Shown here piece after piece: positions 1 through 9,819 of a stretch of DNA of 64,000 bases. A program made the position numbers and the translations under genes. This DNA comes from Coleofasciculus sp. B1-GNL1-01. GTDB taxonomy: Bacteria > Cyanobacteriota > Cyanobacteriia > Cyanobacteriales > Coleofasciculaceae. Below the pieces are notes generated by a model, which saw only the letters and a program-made list of their open reading frames with translations, searched no databases and had not been told where the DNA came from. The DNA is taken from NCBI GenBank assembly GCA_040220235.1, contig JAVJTO010000123.1; one strand, 5' to 3'. Numbering within the stretch: position 1 is the stretch's first letter; each line of letters opens with the position of its first letter.

Positions 1-62
1 GCTCAAAAGTATTCAGTAGAGTTTCAGATCCTGTTTTTCAGATAAAAGTAAGTAAACTATAG

Positions 63-185
63 ATGGATATCAAACTGATTTTAGTGGTCTTAACCATTCT
101 TTTTACCGTATCCTCTCTCATTTTTGGCACTAAGAACGGGTTCTACGATTCAGATAACTATCACGGCAACGGTTCAGCCCACTAA
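63..185 (+). CDS. ndhP: NAD(P)H dehydrogenase (NDH-1L) small subunit NdhP, 40 aa
   Basis: Not in the ORF track. Manual translation MDIKLILVVLTILFTVSSLIFGTKNGFYDSDNYHGNGSAH: one TM helix plus the characteristic GFYDSDxYHGNGSAH tail. Confidence 0.88.
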   Translation: MDIKLILVVLTILFTVSSLIFGTKNGFYDSDNYHGNGSAH

Positions 186-433
186 TCTGGGATAAGCTAG
201 CCCAGATATTTACGACATCATATTGAGCAGTAGCATGCTGCTTATATACCGTCTGCTTGTATACCGTCAATACACTCGTTGATAGAATCAGCTTTTCTAG
301 ACAGTTAACCGAAAAGATTAGGCTAAAAATGCTGAGGAATAAGGTTTAGAAGCATTGTCGATGTATTTATCGTTCTTCAAGTGAGTTGGTTGTCAAGCAA
401 CTGGCAAAGCGCAGAACCGTCTTCTCAAAGTTC

Positions 434-2071
434 ATGAGCAATCAACGCCCAGTGACATCCTCAGCAGAGGATGATCAATTAGCCTGTTTTGCCTATGGTG
501 TTGGTCATGGTGCAGAGGGAGTTTGTTTGCTGGTGCAAATGGGACCCCACCGCATCCTAATCGATTGTGGGTTAGAAGACCTTTCGCCGCTAAAAGCTCA
601 AGCTAATTTGCCGGCGGATGTGGTTTTATGTAGCCACGCCCATAGCGATCATGCCCAGGGGTTGCTAGCACTACACCAAGCCTTTCCGCAATTACCAATT
701 TACGCCAGTGAAGTCACAACTCAACTCTTACCCCTAAACTGGACGCATTTACCTCCCAAGGAGATTCCCGGATTCTGTCAAGCACTTCCTTGGCGATCGC
801 CGATTGAATTCCGCGAAGGATTAAGCGTGCAATTGTTTCCTGCGGGACATCTACCGGGAGCCGCTGCTTTTTTATTAACCTATACCAGTCCAAATCGCAC
901 CTATCGACTCCTGTATACAGGTGACTTCTTTATCTCAAATTCGCGGTTGGTCGAAGGGTTGTCCATTGAAGCCTTACGAGGTACAAACCTAGATGTCTTG
1001 ATTATCGAAGGGAGTTATGGTACAGCGCGACACCCCCATCGGCGCCAACAAGAGAATCAACTTGTCGAACGAATTGATCAAGCATTGGCGGCAAATCGCT
1101 CTATTTTGCTACCTGTACCTACCTTGGGTTTGGGTCAAGAAATCTTGATGCTGCTGCGGAGTCATCATCAGTTTACGGGACGCAATCTAGATATTTGGGT
1201 AGATGGTACGGTTGCCAAGGGATGCGATGCCTACTTAGAACTCCTACCTCATCTCCCCCCATCCGTACAAAACTTTGCTCGCCATCAACCCTTGTTTTGG
1301 GATGAACGGGTGAAACCGCGTGTACGCCGCTTAGATGAGCAGCAACGAGGGGCGATCGCTCAAAACACCAGCATTGTTCTAACGGACGAAACGGCTGACT
1401 TGAGGGTTTACTGTCATCCTAACCCCACATCTTGGACAGTGCTGCAACCTGAACGCCTGAGATATCCGCCTCCAACCCATGACTTGGGTAGTACGGATAT
1501 AGAAACTTATCTATTAACTGAGCATAGCGATTGTTTAGGAACCACTCAGTTAATCCATAATCTTCGTCCTCAACATATTATTTTTGTTCATGGCTCTCCC
1601 ACGTATCTAGCTGACTTAACTGGATTGGAGGAGTTACAAAATCGCTACCATCTCCATACCCCATCATCAGGAACTCTGATCGAACTGCCAATTGGAGAGA
1701 CATTTATACAGCCAGCACCACCACCAGAAACTAATTACGAAGGAGAGCTAACTGAGTTGGGTACGGTGGTTTCTATCACGTTACCCGAGGCAATTGCGGC
1801 TGACCCGCGCTGGCAAGATTTTGCGGATACAGGTTTAGTGGAAGCGCGTTGGCAAGGAGAGGAACTGGTCTTACGGGGTTTGTCCCAACGTGAACTGCTC
1901 AATCAGGGCAGTTCGGTAAAGATGCCTGCTAATATCGAGTGTTGTGCCAACTGTCGCCATCAACGGGGTCAGCGCTGCTGGAATTCTGCCTCTCCCCTCT
2001 ACTCCTTTAAAGTTACACCAGAGGGATATTGTCCAGTGTTTGAGCCGACCGCACCTCCCACAGAAACTTAG
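434..2071 (+). CDS. MBL-fold metallo-hydrolase, beta-CASP RNA-processing nuclease-like, with C-terminal Cys cluster
   Basis: SHAHSDH, AGHLPG, YTGDF, IEGSYG and FVHG motifs; C-terminal CxxCxxxxxxxC...C. ATG at 434 preferred over TTG at 386. Confidence 0.85.
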   Translation: MSNQRPVTSSAEDDQLACFAYGVGHGAEGVCLLVQMGPHRILIDCGLEDLSPLKAQANLPADVVLCSHAHSDHAQGLLALHQAFPQLPIYASEVTTQLLPLNWTHLPPKEIPGFCQALPWRSPIEFREGLSVQLFPAGHLPGAAAFLLTYTSPNRTYRLLYTGDFFISNSRLVEGLSIEALRGTNLDVLIIEGSYGTARHPHRRQQENQLVERIDQALAANRSILLPVPTLGLGQEILMLLRSHHQFTGRNLDIWVDGTVAKGCDAYLELLPHLPPSVQNFARHQPLFWDERVKPRVRRLDEQQRGAIAQNTSIVLTDETADLRVYCHPNPTSWTVLQPERLRYPPPTHDLGSTDIETYLLTEHSDCLGTTQLIHNLRPQHIIFVHGSPTYLADLTGLEELQNRYHLHTPSSGTLIELPIGETFIQPAPPPETNYEGELTELGTVVSITLPEAIAADPRWQDFADTGLVEARWQGEELVLRGLSQRELLNQGSSVKMPANIECCANCRHQRGQRCWNSASPLYSFKVTPEGYCPVFEPTAPPTET

Positions 2072-2173
2072 GGTTTGCTGAATCAGTGAAAGCGGTGGGA
2101 GTAGAGAGCTGGGGAAGATGGGGAAGATGGGGAAGATAGGGAAGATGGGAGACCAAATTTCTGTAGTCTATTA

Positions 2174-2325
2174 CCCTATTCCCTATTCCCTATTCCCTAT
2201 TCCCTATTCCCTATTCCCTATTCCCTATTCCCTATTCCCTATTCCCTATTCCCTATTCCCTATTCCCTGTTCCCTGTTCCCTGTTCCCTGTTCCCTGTTC
2301 CCTGTTCCCTGTTCCCTGTTCCCTG
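2174..2325. repeat. Heptamer short tandem repeat (CCCTATT)n/(CCCTGTT)n, STRR-type
   Basis: About 21 tandem 7-mers between convergent genes. Confidence 0.95.
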
Positions 2326-2344
2326 ACGAGTGACACCTAATTTT

Positions 2345-2656
2345 TTACTCTTGATTTGACTCAGGGAAACGTGGATGAATTTGTTCCGCTTCTGGACAAT
2401 CGTCAGACACGAGCGGGTCAAAATTTCCTCGCGTCACAGAAGCCAGTTTTTGAGTAACTGAACCGATGCTTTCTAAGCGAACCATTTCCTCCCAGGAGCA
2501 AATTTCGTCTTCTTCGTCAGTTTCGTAGCGAATGGTGACTAAATCCCCTTCAATATCAACAATATGAGCGCGTTCAATCCAACGTTGCTGATCCCGCAAG
2601 AAAATACAGACCTCACGACCATCGCAACACAGTTGATAAATCTTGCGGTGTAGCAT
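2345..2656 (-). CDS. Conserved cyanobacterial hypothetical protein, 103 aa
   Basis: AGGAG RBS upstream; MLHRKIYQLCCDGREV... resembles a widespread cyanobacterial small protein. Confidence 0.8.
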   Translation of the reverse strand: MLHRKIYQLCCDGREVCIFLRDQQRWIERAHIVDIEGDLVTIRYETDEEDEICSWEEMVRLESIGSVTQKLASVTRGNFDPLVSDDCPEAEQIHPRFPESNQE

Positions 2657-3627
2657 ATTTGGCTTCTCCTAAGCAGATAACTCTTCCAATACGTCTGGGA
2701 GCAAGTCGCCCCGGTCTTTAGGATAATTCAGGGAAAGTTTTTATCCAAGCTTAACTTCGGATAAGGTGACTCAGTTTTCCCTCGTCAACGACGATATCCC
2801 TACTATTGTTATACTTCTCGGTCAATCCTTAAAAGTTTAGCTGGCATTTCACCGGAATTTTGATCATCAATTCAGGATATTTTTCACTAGACAGAAAAAA
2901 CCTTGAGATCTTCAACGGAATCGGGACAACATTGGCTATAATTTTGCTCAAGGTAAAGGTGGAGAGCAATTTCACCTGTGAGCAAATAACCGATAGTTGA
3001 GGGATTGGCATTGGTAAAGAGCCACACAAAGGGAAGAAAACCGTGTATTTCGCCATTGAGACTAGCGCACTTTAATCCAGGTTATACATCCTGGTTGATA
3101 GGTACTATGTAGGTGTTTGAAGTTTAGACATGCCCGGAAAAATGTAAATTTTATCAGGATCGACTGAGTAAAATTTGCTTGGGCGAATGTCCATATATCC
3201 CGGCGCTGAATCTTTAATTACAGCGCCAGACTTATAGCCTTCCCCCACCTTTAGTTAAGGGTTGTGTTAAGGGTTTACTTTCACCGCTGACTTGCCAGCC
3301 TTTTGTTGCTTGACAAATCACACTTGAAAGGAATTAACCCTTTGGTCGCATTTTAGCACATTAAACTGGTGATTTATAGGGGAATTGAGCCTCACTCCGT
3401 TAACTGACTCAATGGAAAAACCACGCCGTGAGATGAATCGCCGGACAAGTCAGCTAACGCTATTCCGTTTCGCGGTGCTTAAATCCAGATTTTTGCTAAC
3501 CGACGACTCCCTTGATTGGCTTCCAGCCCAGCCGATTTTCAATCTTTCCCTGAAACGTGAGGTCAAACCTGCTGTAAATTCTTAGTTACTGATCACTCTA
3601 TGCTGATCCCGGTTGAATCGGGGGGAT

Positions 3628-3861
3628 TTACACGCTTGTTGCAGCGCTTTGCCTGTGCAGCTCAGGAAATGACAGAAAACGAGTATCATGAGCCTCCCGC
3701 TCTATTTGACCCGACTTCACCGCCTCATAAAGAACAGTCAAAGCCTCAAGGTCTGATGTTTGATACCCTTTTATTTCCAGAATTTGGCGAATTAGCCCCT
3801 CAGAAGCAACGCTGAGGCAGCCAGTTTTAAGAGCCGATTGGACAAGAGTGCGAAGAATCAT
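3628..3861 (-). CDS. Small helical hypothetical protein (~77 aa), paralog of 41443..41658
   Basis: MILRTLVQSALKTGCLSVASE.. aligns with MLSIRDLVQKALTIGYLTLAAE..; start moved to the ATG at 3861. Confidence 0.7.
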   Translation of the reverse strand: MILRTLVQSALKTGCLSVASEGLIRQILEIKGYQTSDLEALTVLYEAVKSGQIEREAHDTRFLSFPELHRQSAATSV

Positions 3862-4173
3862 GGTAACCAAGCATTTGTAATCATAGGGGGTACTTCTAAC
3901 ACTATCGACGATCTTCCCGCTAAAGACCTTGATAAGTGTCAGTTGCTTGATGTGATTCTCAACACATTTTAGAGTGATGTGTGTCACTCTAAAACCAACT
4001 TATCGCCTGTAGGCACCCCTGAACCCTAAAATTACAAGAATTGCTTATGTACTATCCTAAAGGCTTTTTGTTAAGAATTTGTAAAATTAGCACCGTTTTT
4101 TTGAGAAGAGTTTGTTAAAGTTAGTCGTGCCGCTAACTCCAGCCGCTCAATTATTAAGGAAATCAACAGACAG

Positions 4174-5043
4174 ATGTTTACGATCGCCCTGAAACAGGAG
4201 CAATACTCAACCTATATCCTCACTGCCCAAGACTCTCAGTCTCGGCTGGAAGTCGTTCCCGAACGCGGCGGTCTGATTTCTCACTGGAGTGTTCAAGGTC
4301 AGGACATCCTCTACTTTGATGCCGAACGGTTTCGAGACCCGACCTTGAGTGTGCGGGGGGGTATCCCGATTTTGTTTCCCATCTGCGGCAACTTACCGGA
4401 CAATACCTACACCCATCAGGGCAAATCCTATCAACTCAAACAGCATGGTTTCGCCCGTGATTTGCCCTGGCAGGTCACAGAACGAGTGACGAATGATTTG
4501 GTTAGCCTTACCCTAGTCTTGAATAGTAATGACCAAACTCGCGCTGTTTATCCCTTCGACTGGCAACTCTCCTTCACGTACCAACTTCAGGGCAATACCT
4601 TGACACTAATCCAGCGCTATACGAATCAGTCGGCTGAGGTGATGCCCTTTTCGACAGGAGTGCATCCGTACTTCTTAACCTCAGATAAAACCCAACTCCA
4701 ATTTGAGATTCCGGCTTCAGAGTATCAGGATCAGCTAACTGGACAAGTTTCCCCCTTCACGGGCGGCTTTGATTGGAGTAAGGATGAAATTGATGTCGCC
4801 TTTCGCCCACTCACGGGTCAATCAGCAACGGTGACCGACCAGCAACGGCGGTTAAAACTAACCCTGACCTACGGTGAACCCTACTCAACTCTCGTCTTCT
4901 GGACGGTTAAAGGCAAAGACTACTACTGTTTGGAACCCTGGAGCGCTCCCCGTAACGCCTTAAACACAGGAGACCATCTCACCAAATTGCCTCCTGGAGA
5001 GAGTTTGGAGACTTCGATCCAACTCAGCGCCACTTTTTTTTGA
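4174..5043 (+). CDS. Aldose 1-epimerase family protein
   Basis: RGGIPILFP, HGFAR, GVHPYF and YCLEPW motifs. Confidence 0.9.
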   Translation: MFTIALKQEQYSTYILTAQDSQSRLEVVPERGGLISHWSVQGQDILYFDAERFRDPTLSVRGGIPILFPICGNLPDNTYTHQGKSYQLKQHGFARDLPWQVTERVTNDLVSLTLVLNSNDQTRAVYPFDWQLSFTYQLQGNTLTLIQRYTNQSAEVMPFSTGVHPYFLTSDKTQLQFEIPASEYQDQLTGQVSPFTGGFDWSKDEIDVAFRPLTGQSATVTDQQRRLKLTLTYGEPYSTLVFWTVKGKDYYCLEPWSAPRNALNTGDHLTKLPPGESLETSIQLSATFF

Positions 5044-5111
5044 AAAACCCTCTACATTTTTGGTGATTTCTGCTATTGTAGAAAACGGCGCTTGAAAACG
5101 CGCATGACTTT

Positions 5112-5183
5112 GGGTCGCTAGCTCAGCGGTAGAGCACTCGGCTTTTAACCGATTGGTCTTGGGTTCGAATCCCAGGCGACCCA
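5112..5183 (+). tRNA. tRNA-Lys(UUU)
   Basis: Cloverleaf GGGTCGC...GCGACCCA, D-arm AGCTCAGCGGTAGAGC, anticodon loop CTTTTAA, T-loop GGTTCGAATCC. Confidence 0.95.
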
Positions 5184-5361
5184 TTCTGTCATATTTATTT
5201 TTCTTTATAGTCAGGCACTGTGGAGTTGATCAAGAAGACTAATTTTAGAATCTTGACAAGATAATTTCCTATAAACTGAAAAATATCTTAAGATTATTCT
5301 AAGAATTAAGTTTCTAGAAACGACTAGCTGACAAAACACCTAAAGTTAGGAGGACTTTTTT

Positions 5362-6441
5362 ATGGCGCTCGTACCCATGCGGCTGCTTTTAGATCATGCG
5401 GCAGAGAATGGCTATGGCATTCCAGCATATAACGTTAACAACATGGAGCAGATCCTGGCAATTATGCAGGCTGCTGATGAAGCTGACAGCCCCGTGATCC
5501 TACAAGCCTCTCGCGGCGCTCGCAAATATGCAGGTGAGAACTTCCTGCGCCACTTGATCACGGCAGCAGTGGAAACTTATCCCCATATCCCCATTGCTAT
5601 GCACCAAGACCATGGGAATGGTCCAGCGACTTGCTACTCAGCTATCCGCAATGGTTTCACCAGTGTGATGATGGACGGTTCACTGGAGGAAGATGCCAAA
5701 ACTCCAGCTAGCTTCGAGTACAACGTGAATGTCACGGCTGAAGTGGTAAAAGTTGCTCACTCTGTCGGTGTCAGCGTTGAAGGGGAACTGGGTTGTCTCG
5801 GTTCTTTGGAAACGGGTATGGGTGACAAGGAAGATGGTCACGGTGCAGAAGGTAAGCTGTCCCGCGAACAATTGTTGACTGACCCGGATCAAGCGGTTGA
5901 GTTTGTTGAGCGCACCCAAGTTGATGCTCTCGCTGTAGCCATTGGCACAAGCCACGGTGCTTACAAGTTTACCCGTAAGCCCACGGGTGAAATTCTTGCC
6001 ATTAGTCGGATTGAGGAAATTCATAACCGTCTACCTAATACTCATTTGGTAATGCATGGTTCCTCCTCTGTACCCCAAGAGTGGCTGGATATGATCAACC
6101 AATATGGTGGTGCAATTCCAGAAACTTACGGTGTGCCTGTAGAAGAGATTCAAAAGGGCATTAAGAGCGGTGTGCGTAAGGTTAATATTGATACCGACAA
6201 CCGTTTGGCAATCACAGCAGCAATCCGTGAAGCGGCTGCCAAAGATCCCAAAAACTTTGACCCGCGCCATTTCATGAAGCCTTCTATTAAGTACATGAAG
6301 CAGGTTTGCTCGGATCGTTATCAGCAATTCGGTACGGCTGGTAATGCGAGCAAGATTAAGCAAATCACATTGGATGAGTTTGCGGCTAAGTATGCCAAGG
6401 GCGAGTTAGCGGCTGTTACTAAGCAAACTGTAAAGGCTTAA
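5362..6441 (+). CDS. fbaA: Fructose-bisphosphate aldolase class II (Calvin-cycle type)
   Basis: [49 protein letters not shown]. Confidence 0.97.
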   Translation: MALVPMRLLLDHAAENGYGIPAYNVNNMEQILAIMQAADEADSPVILQASRGARKYAGENFLRHLITAAVETYPHIPIAMHQDHGNGPATCYSAIRNGFTSVMMDGSLEEDAKTPASFEYNVNVTAEVVKVAHSVGVSVEGELGCLGSLETGMGDKEDGHGAEGKLSREQLLTDPDQAVEFVERTQVDALAVAIGTSHGAYKFTRKPTGEILAISRIEEIHNRLPNTHLVMHGSSSVPQEWLDMINQYGGAIPETYGVPVEEIQKGIKSGVRKVNIDTDNRLAITAAIREAAAKDPKNFDPRHFMKPSIKYMKQVCSDRYQQFGTAGNASKIKQITLDEFAAKYAKGELAAVTKQTVKA

Positions 6442-6471
6442 TCGTTAACCGGGTAACACCCATTTATAGCG

Positions 6472-6499
6472 AATCCCCCGTTAATAGGCGGGGGATTTT
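6472..6499 (+). terminator. Rho-independent terminator after fbaA
   Basis: AATCCCCCG-loop-CGGGGGATT followed by T residues. Confidence 0.7.
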
Positions 6500-6659
6500 G
6501 CTGGTTGGGGAAGCTGAGAGAACAGGGGAAGCTGGGGAAGAAAACAAGAGGAAATCTTCTACTGGGAAGGGAATAATCGCAGGATGAATCACCATGCGAT
6601 CGCGTCATCATCACGATTTTGCCTTTACCTACACATTCTGTTCATTTTGTCAAGGTTTC

Positions 6660-7286
6660 CTAAATTAAACACCCCAAGTGCTTCAAGATTCTCAACACTT
6701 CATAGAGATTGTTACGATAGTGCGATCGCGTGGCGAACAAATCCGAAATTCCATACTGTTTGCCTAATGTTTTGATAAACAAAAAGCTGCTACCATTGGC
6801 TACCATACCATAGAGCGGTTGTTCCGGCTCTGGATGTGCTGCCATGTAAGCCAATGTTTGCGGAATCGCTAGTTCTAAATCAAACGTCGTCTTTTTGGAT
6901 TCAATGAGAACAATCCACAGTTTACTCTGCAATACCAGCGCATCAATTCGTCCTCGTAAAATTTCTTCGTTGTCTCCTTCTGCCTCAATTTCTACGGAAA
7001 CTTCTGTCTTGAATTTGTAAGGTGATTGATAGAAACCTGCTAACTCCAGCAATGGCGACAGGACAACCATTTTAATTGTTTCTTCCAGCAGAATACCATC
7101 GGATATTTGGTAGAGATAGTTGCGACGTACCTGATCTAAACGAGATTGTTCTACCTCGCTCAATGCAGGGAATTCAGCCATCCATTCGGTAAAAAACTGG
7201 CTATCTTCTGTCAAGGTTAACCCCAGTTTTTCCTGGACTTGACGGAATGTCGTAATATCGTCTCCAATGGCTAGACTTCTGATCAT
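6660..7286 (-). CDS. Type I restriction HsdR N-terminal-like / PD-(D/E)xK domain protein
   Basis: GRIDALV...LIESKK...PQTLAYM...YGMVANG pattern, a common cyanobacterial family. Confidence 0.75.
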   Translation of the reverse strand: MIRSLAIGDDITTFRQVQEKLGLTLTEDSQFFTEWMAEFPALSEVEQSRLDQVRRNYLYQISDGILLEETIKMVVLSPLLELAGFYQSPYKFKTEVSVEIEAEGDNEEILRGRIDALVLQSKLWIVLIESKKTTFDLELAIPQTLAYMAAHPEPEQPLYGMVANGSSFLFIKTLGKQYGISDLFATRSHYRNNLYEVLRILKHLGCLI

Positions 7287-7446
7287 GGATCAACCCTGTA
7301 GAGATTTCTTATTGTATCGCGTCATAAACTTGGATGACACTGAAATAAGCATTTAGGGAGCATCAAAACCCTTAATATACCGTAGGGTGGGTTGAGCGAA
7401 GTCGAAACCCACCAGCCTTAAGGAGCATGACATCCACCTTAACTTG

Positions 7447-8963
7447 CCTAGACTCCGCACTTCAACTTGAAGTACAAGAAGCTACATATCCAATCAAGGG
7501 AAAAAGTCTGAAAAATTAAACACTTGAATATCTTTTCAGGAAACCGTAATTGTTTGGGAGATTCTTATGAGCTTTTTTAAGCAGCAGAAATTGAAGAGTA
7601 TCTACTCTCCTGACACGGATTTATCCATTATCCAAAAATCCCCCAATTGCCACGAATGTGAGTCAAGAAAAAATCACAGATAATATTTTTGACAAGAAGA
7701 TGGCAAGAATTCCAAAATAAATTGACGTTCGTCCGTCAAGTTAACTATCTGTTTGACTCCATCGATAACTACTGCATGAATCCCTTGAAAACATTGAAAT
7801 ATCCACCGTAATGTTGGGCGATTAATCAATTTACCCACTTGATTTTTTATCCCAACTTTAGCTCTTTGTAAATTCTTCCTGATTTCTCTTTGTCCTAAGT
7901 TGTAGACTAAGAGGCACAAGGTCATAACAAAGAGCATCGTTTCTACTCTTTGGGGGTTTTCGACGAATAGACTATCGGCAAAAAATACCGGGTCTTTCAA
8001 AAATCTAAATCCTCTTTCACAAGATTGTTGATTTTTGTAATTTAAAAGGATTTCGGCTGAATTCAGAACGTCTTGTTCGAGAACATTCGTCGCTAGGATA
8101 AATCTTCCGGCTTGTTTTTCTCTCGCGGTAATTTCTTGCTCCTATCTTTCTGGCTTGGCTTTGATTTTATAAGCGGTTTGACCCGACTTAATTATTTCCT
8201 TGCCGATCTGGACTTCAGCTAATTTAAACAGTTTCAGTTTTCGGTTTAATTCTTTTAACTTATACTTGGCTTGACTGGGATGCTCAAACTCTTCTTTCTC
8301 TAATTGCTTGATGAGTTTAGCGGCTTTTTCTTCTTCTTTTTTTATTTCTTTAATTAAACCTTCTGAAGGATTGCCTAACTCCCCATACTTATAATTATAT
8401 TCCCCATGAAGATGAAATGATGTGATATCTGCATGATTGAAATTTACCTCTATCTTAAATGTTTTCGTTAAAGCAATTGCTATTTCTAGAAAGAGTTGAG
8501 TCAATCCATATTTATAGATTTCATCCATCACTCGACCGAGTTTATCATCATTTAAATAGTCACCCTTGACTGAACCTCCTAATAATTTTTCTATGTCTTT
8601 GTCTTCAAAAAAATTGCTAAATAAGTATAAAGGCTTAGAGACAAACCCTAAACCATTGAGAATCATCGCTTTAACGACTTGTCCCGATGAGATTTTTTCT
8701 CGCTTGTCTATTCCTAATTTTTCATTGATGATATCCACTATTCCTATTTCATCAATTAATCCAGCTATAATCCCCAAATGGTCTAGGTTTTTGACTTCTA
8801 TTGTTGTTGATGTAGACAAGGTAAATCTCTCTTTTAAATAGCCACAGGTAACTGGCTAATTATCTCAAGGTATCAATTCTTAGTAAAGTAAGTATTTATG
8901 CTTAGTGTTCTCAGAGACAAGTCTGTAACCTATCGTACTACGTTTTGAAGTGCGGAGTGTGGG
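7447..8963 (-). mobile_element. IS1634-family insertion sequence, degenerate copy
   Basis: Imperfect 19-bp inverted repeats CCTAGACTCCGCACTTCAA (7447-7465) and TTGAAGTGCGGAGTGTGGG (8945-8963) enclose transposase fragments. Confidence 0.85.
7674..8819 (-). pseudogene. IS1634-family transposase pseudogene (in-frame stop at 8142-8144 and probable internal deletion)
   Basis: KNLDHLGIIAGLIDEIG, LNDDKLGRVMD, HADITSFHLHG, then GRFILATN...ERGFRFLKDP...PTLRWIFQCF in the same frame across a TAG; shorter than a full transposase. Confidence 0.85.
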
Positions 8964-9553
8964 TTAATTGTCAACAACGGCGGCGCTTGCGGATTCGTCG
9001 CACTAAACTCACTCCCATCAGGAAACGTAAAACTATTGTCCGTACTCGCCACAAACGAACCGCCAACATCCAACCGCGCATTCTCACCAAACACAATCCC
9101 ATTGGGATTAATTAAAAACAGATTCGCTGTACCATTTGCCCAAATCCAGCCATCAATATCGGAAATATTAGTCCCCGTCACCCGCCCCAAAATATTCTCA
9201 ATATCCAACCCATTATTAAAAAACGCCTCACCCCCCGTCTGTACGGAAAACTCCTCAAAACTATGGAACAGATTCACTCCCCGCACTGTTCCCCCTTCTA
9301 TCAAACAAACCGGACATCCCGTCACCTGAGAATTAACCGGGAGTGTATTATCCGGGACAATTTGCGCCCGCACCGCGCTTGGGGTGATGAGTACAAGCAG
9401 CCAGAAGGCAGAAGGTAGAGAACAGAAGGCTTTTTGGTTTCTGGTGTTGGCGTTTAATCTATTCTTAACAGTTGGGTGGTTGAAGCCGCGCTGCCCTAGA
9501 CACTCTAAGACCATGCGACTGACGACTTTAAGATAGGGAATAACTGACTTCAT
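8964..9553 (-). pseudogene. FHA/TPS exoprotein 5' fragment truncated by the IS
   Basis: Signal peptide plus [28 protein letters not shown] secretion domain; the frame runs into the IS inverted repeat after APPLLTIN. Confidence 0.8.
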
Positions 9554-9819
9554 AAACCTTAATCCTACCGCGTTGTTTACCTGTTTCTGTCTTCTGTGCT
9601 ACATGAGTTTCTATAATTAAACAGTCTGCCAACTTTCCCCAACATCCCCCCTGGCTGGATTCAGGAGAGCGAAACGTTTTCGGTTGAGCTAGTTCCAGAA
9701 TCTGATCAAAATCATTGGCTAATTTTACGTATAATCTGATACCTTTACCCAGTAATTTTCCTTCTTTCTCCACTTCAGGTTGTAGCTAGGTTAATTTGTC
9801 GTACTCTAAAGTCCAGTGG

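Noticed and set aside
2118..2333. 71-aa ORF with PIPYSLF repeats; likewise ORFs 23494..23721 and 33585..33815
   Set aside because: Translations of STRR or REP tandem repeats, not credible genes.
2657..3627. Long intergenic region with short ORFs or a possible sRNA
   Set aside because: No recognisable protein or RNA family signature by eye.
5112..5183. tRNA-Lys as the island integration site
   Set aside because: fbaA lies between it and the accessory block; no integrase and no duplicated tRNA 3' end were seen.
4960..5184. 74-aa minus-strand ORF
   Set aside because: Antisense to tRNA-Lys and the epimerase 3' end.
9528..9773. 81-aa ORF, and a weak operator-like pattern (CTATAATTAAAC at 9611, TGGCTAATTTTACG at 9716)
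   Set aside because: The ORF has no recognisable motif and overlaps the FHA fragment start; the operator match is too degenerate to call without a PWM.
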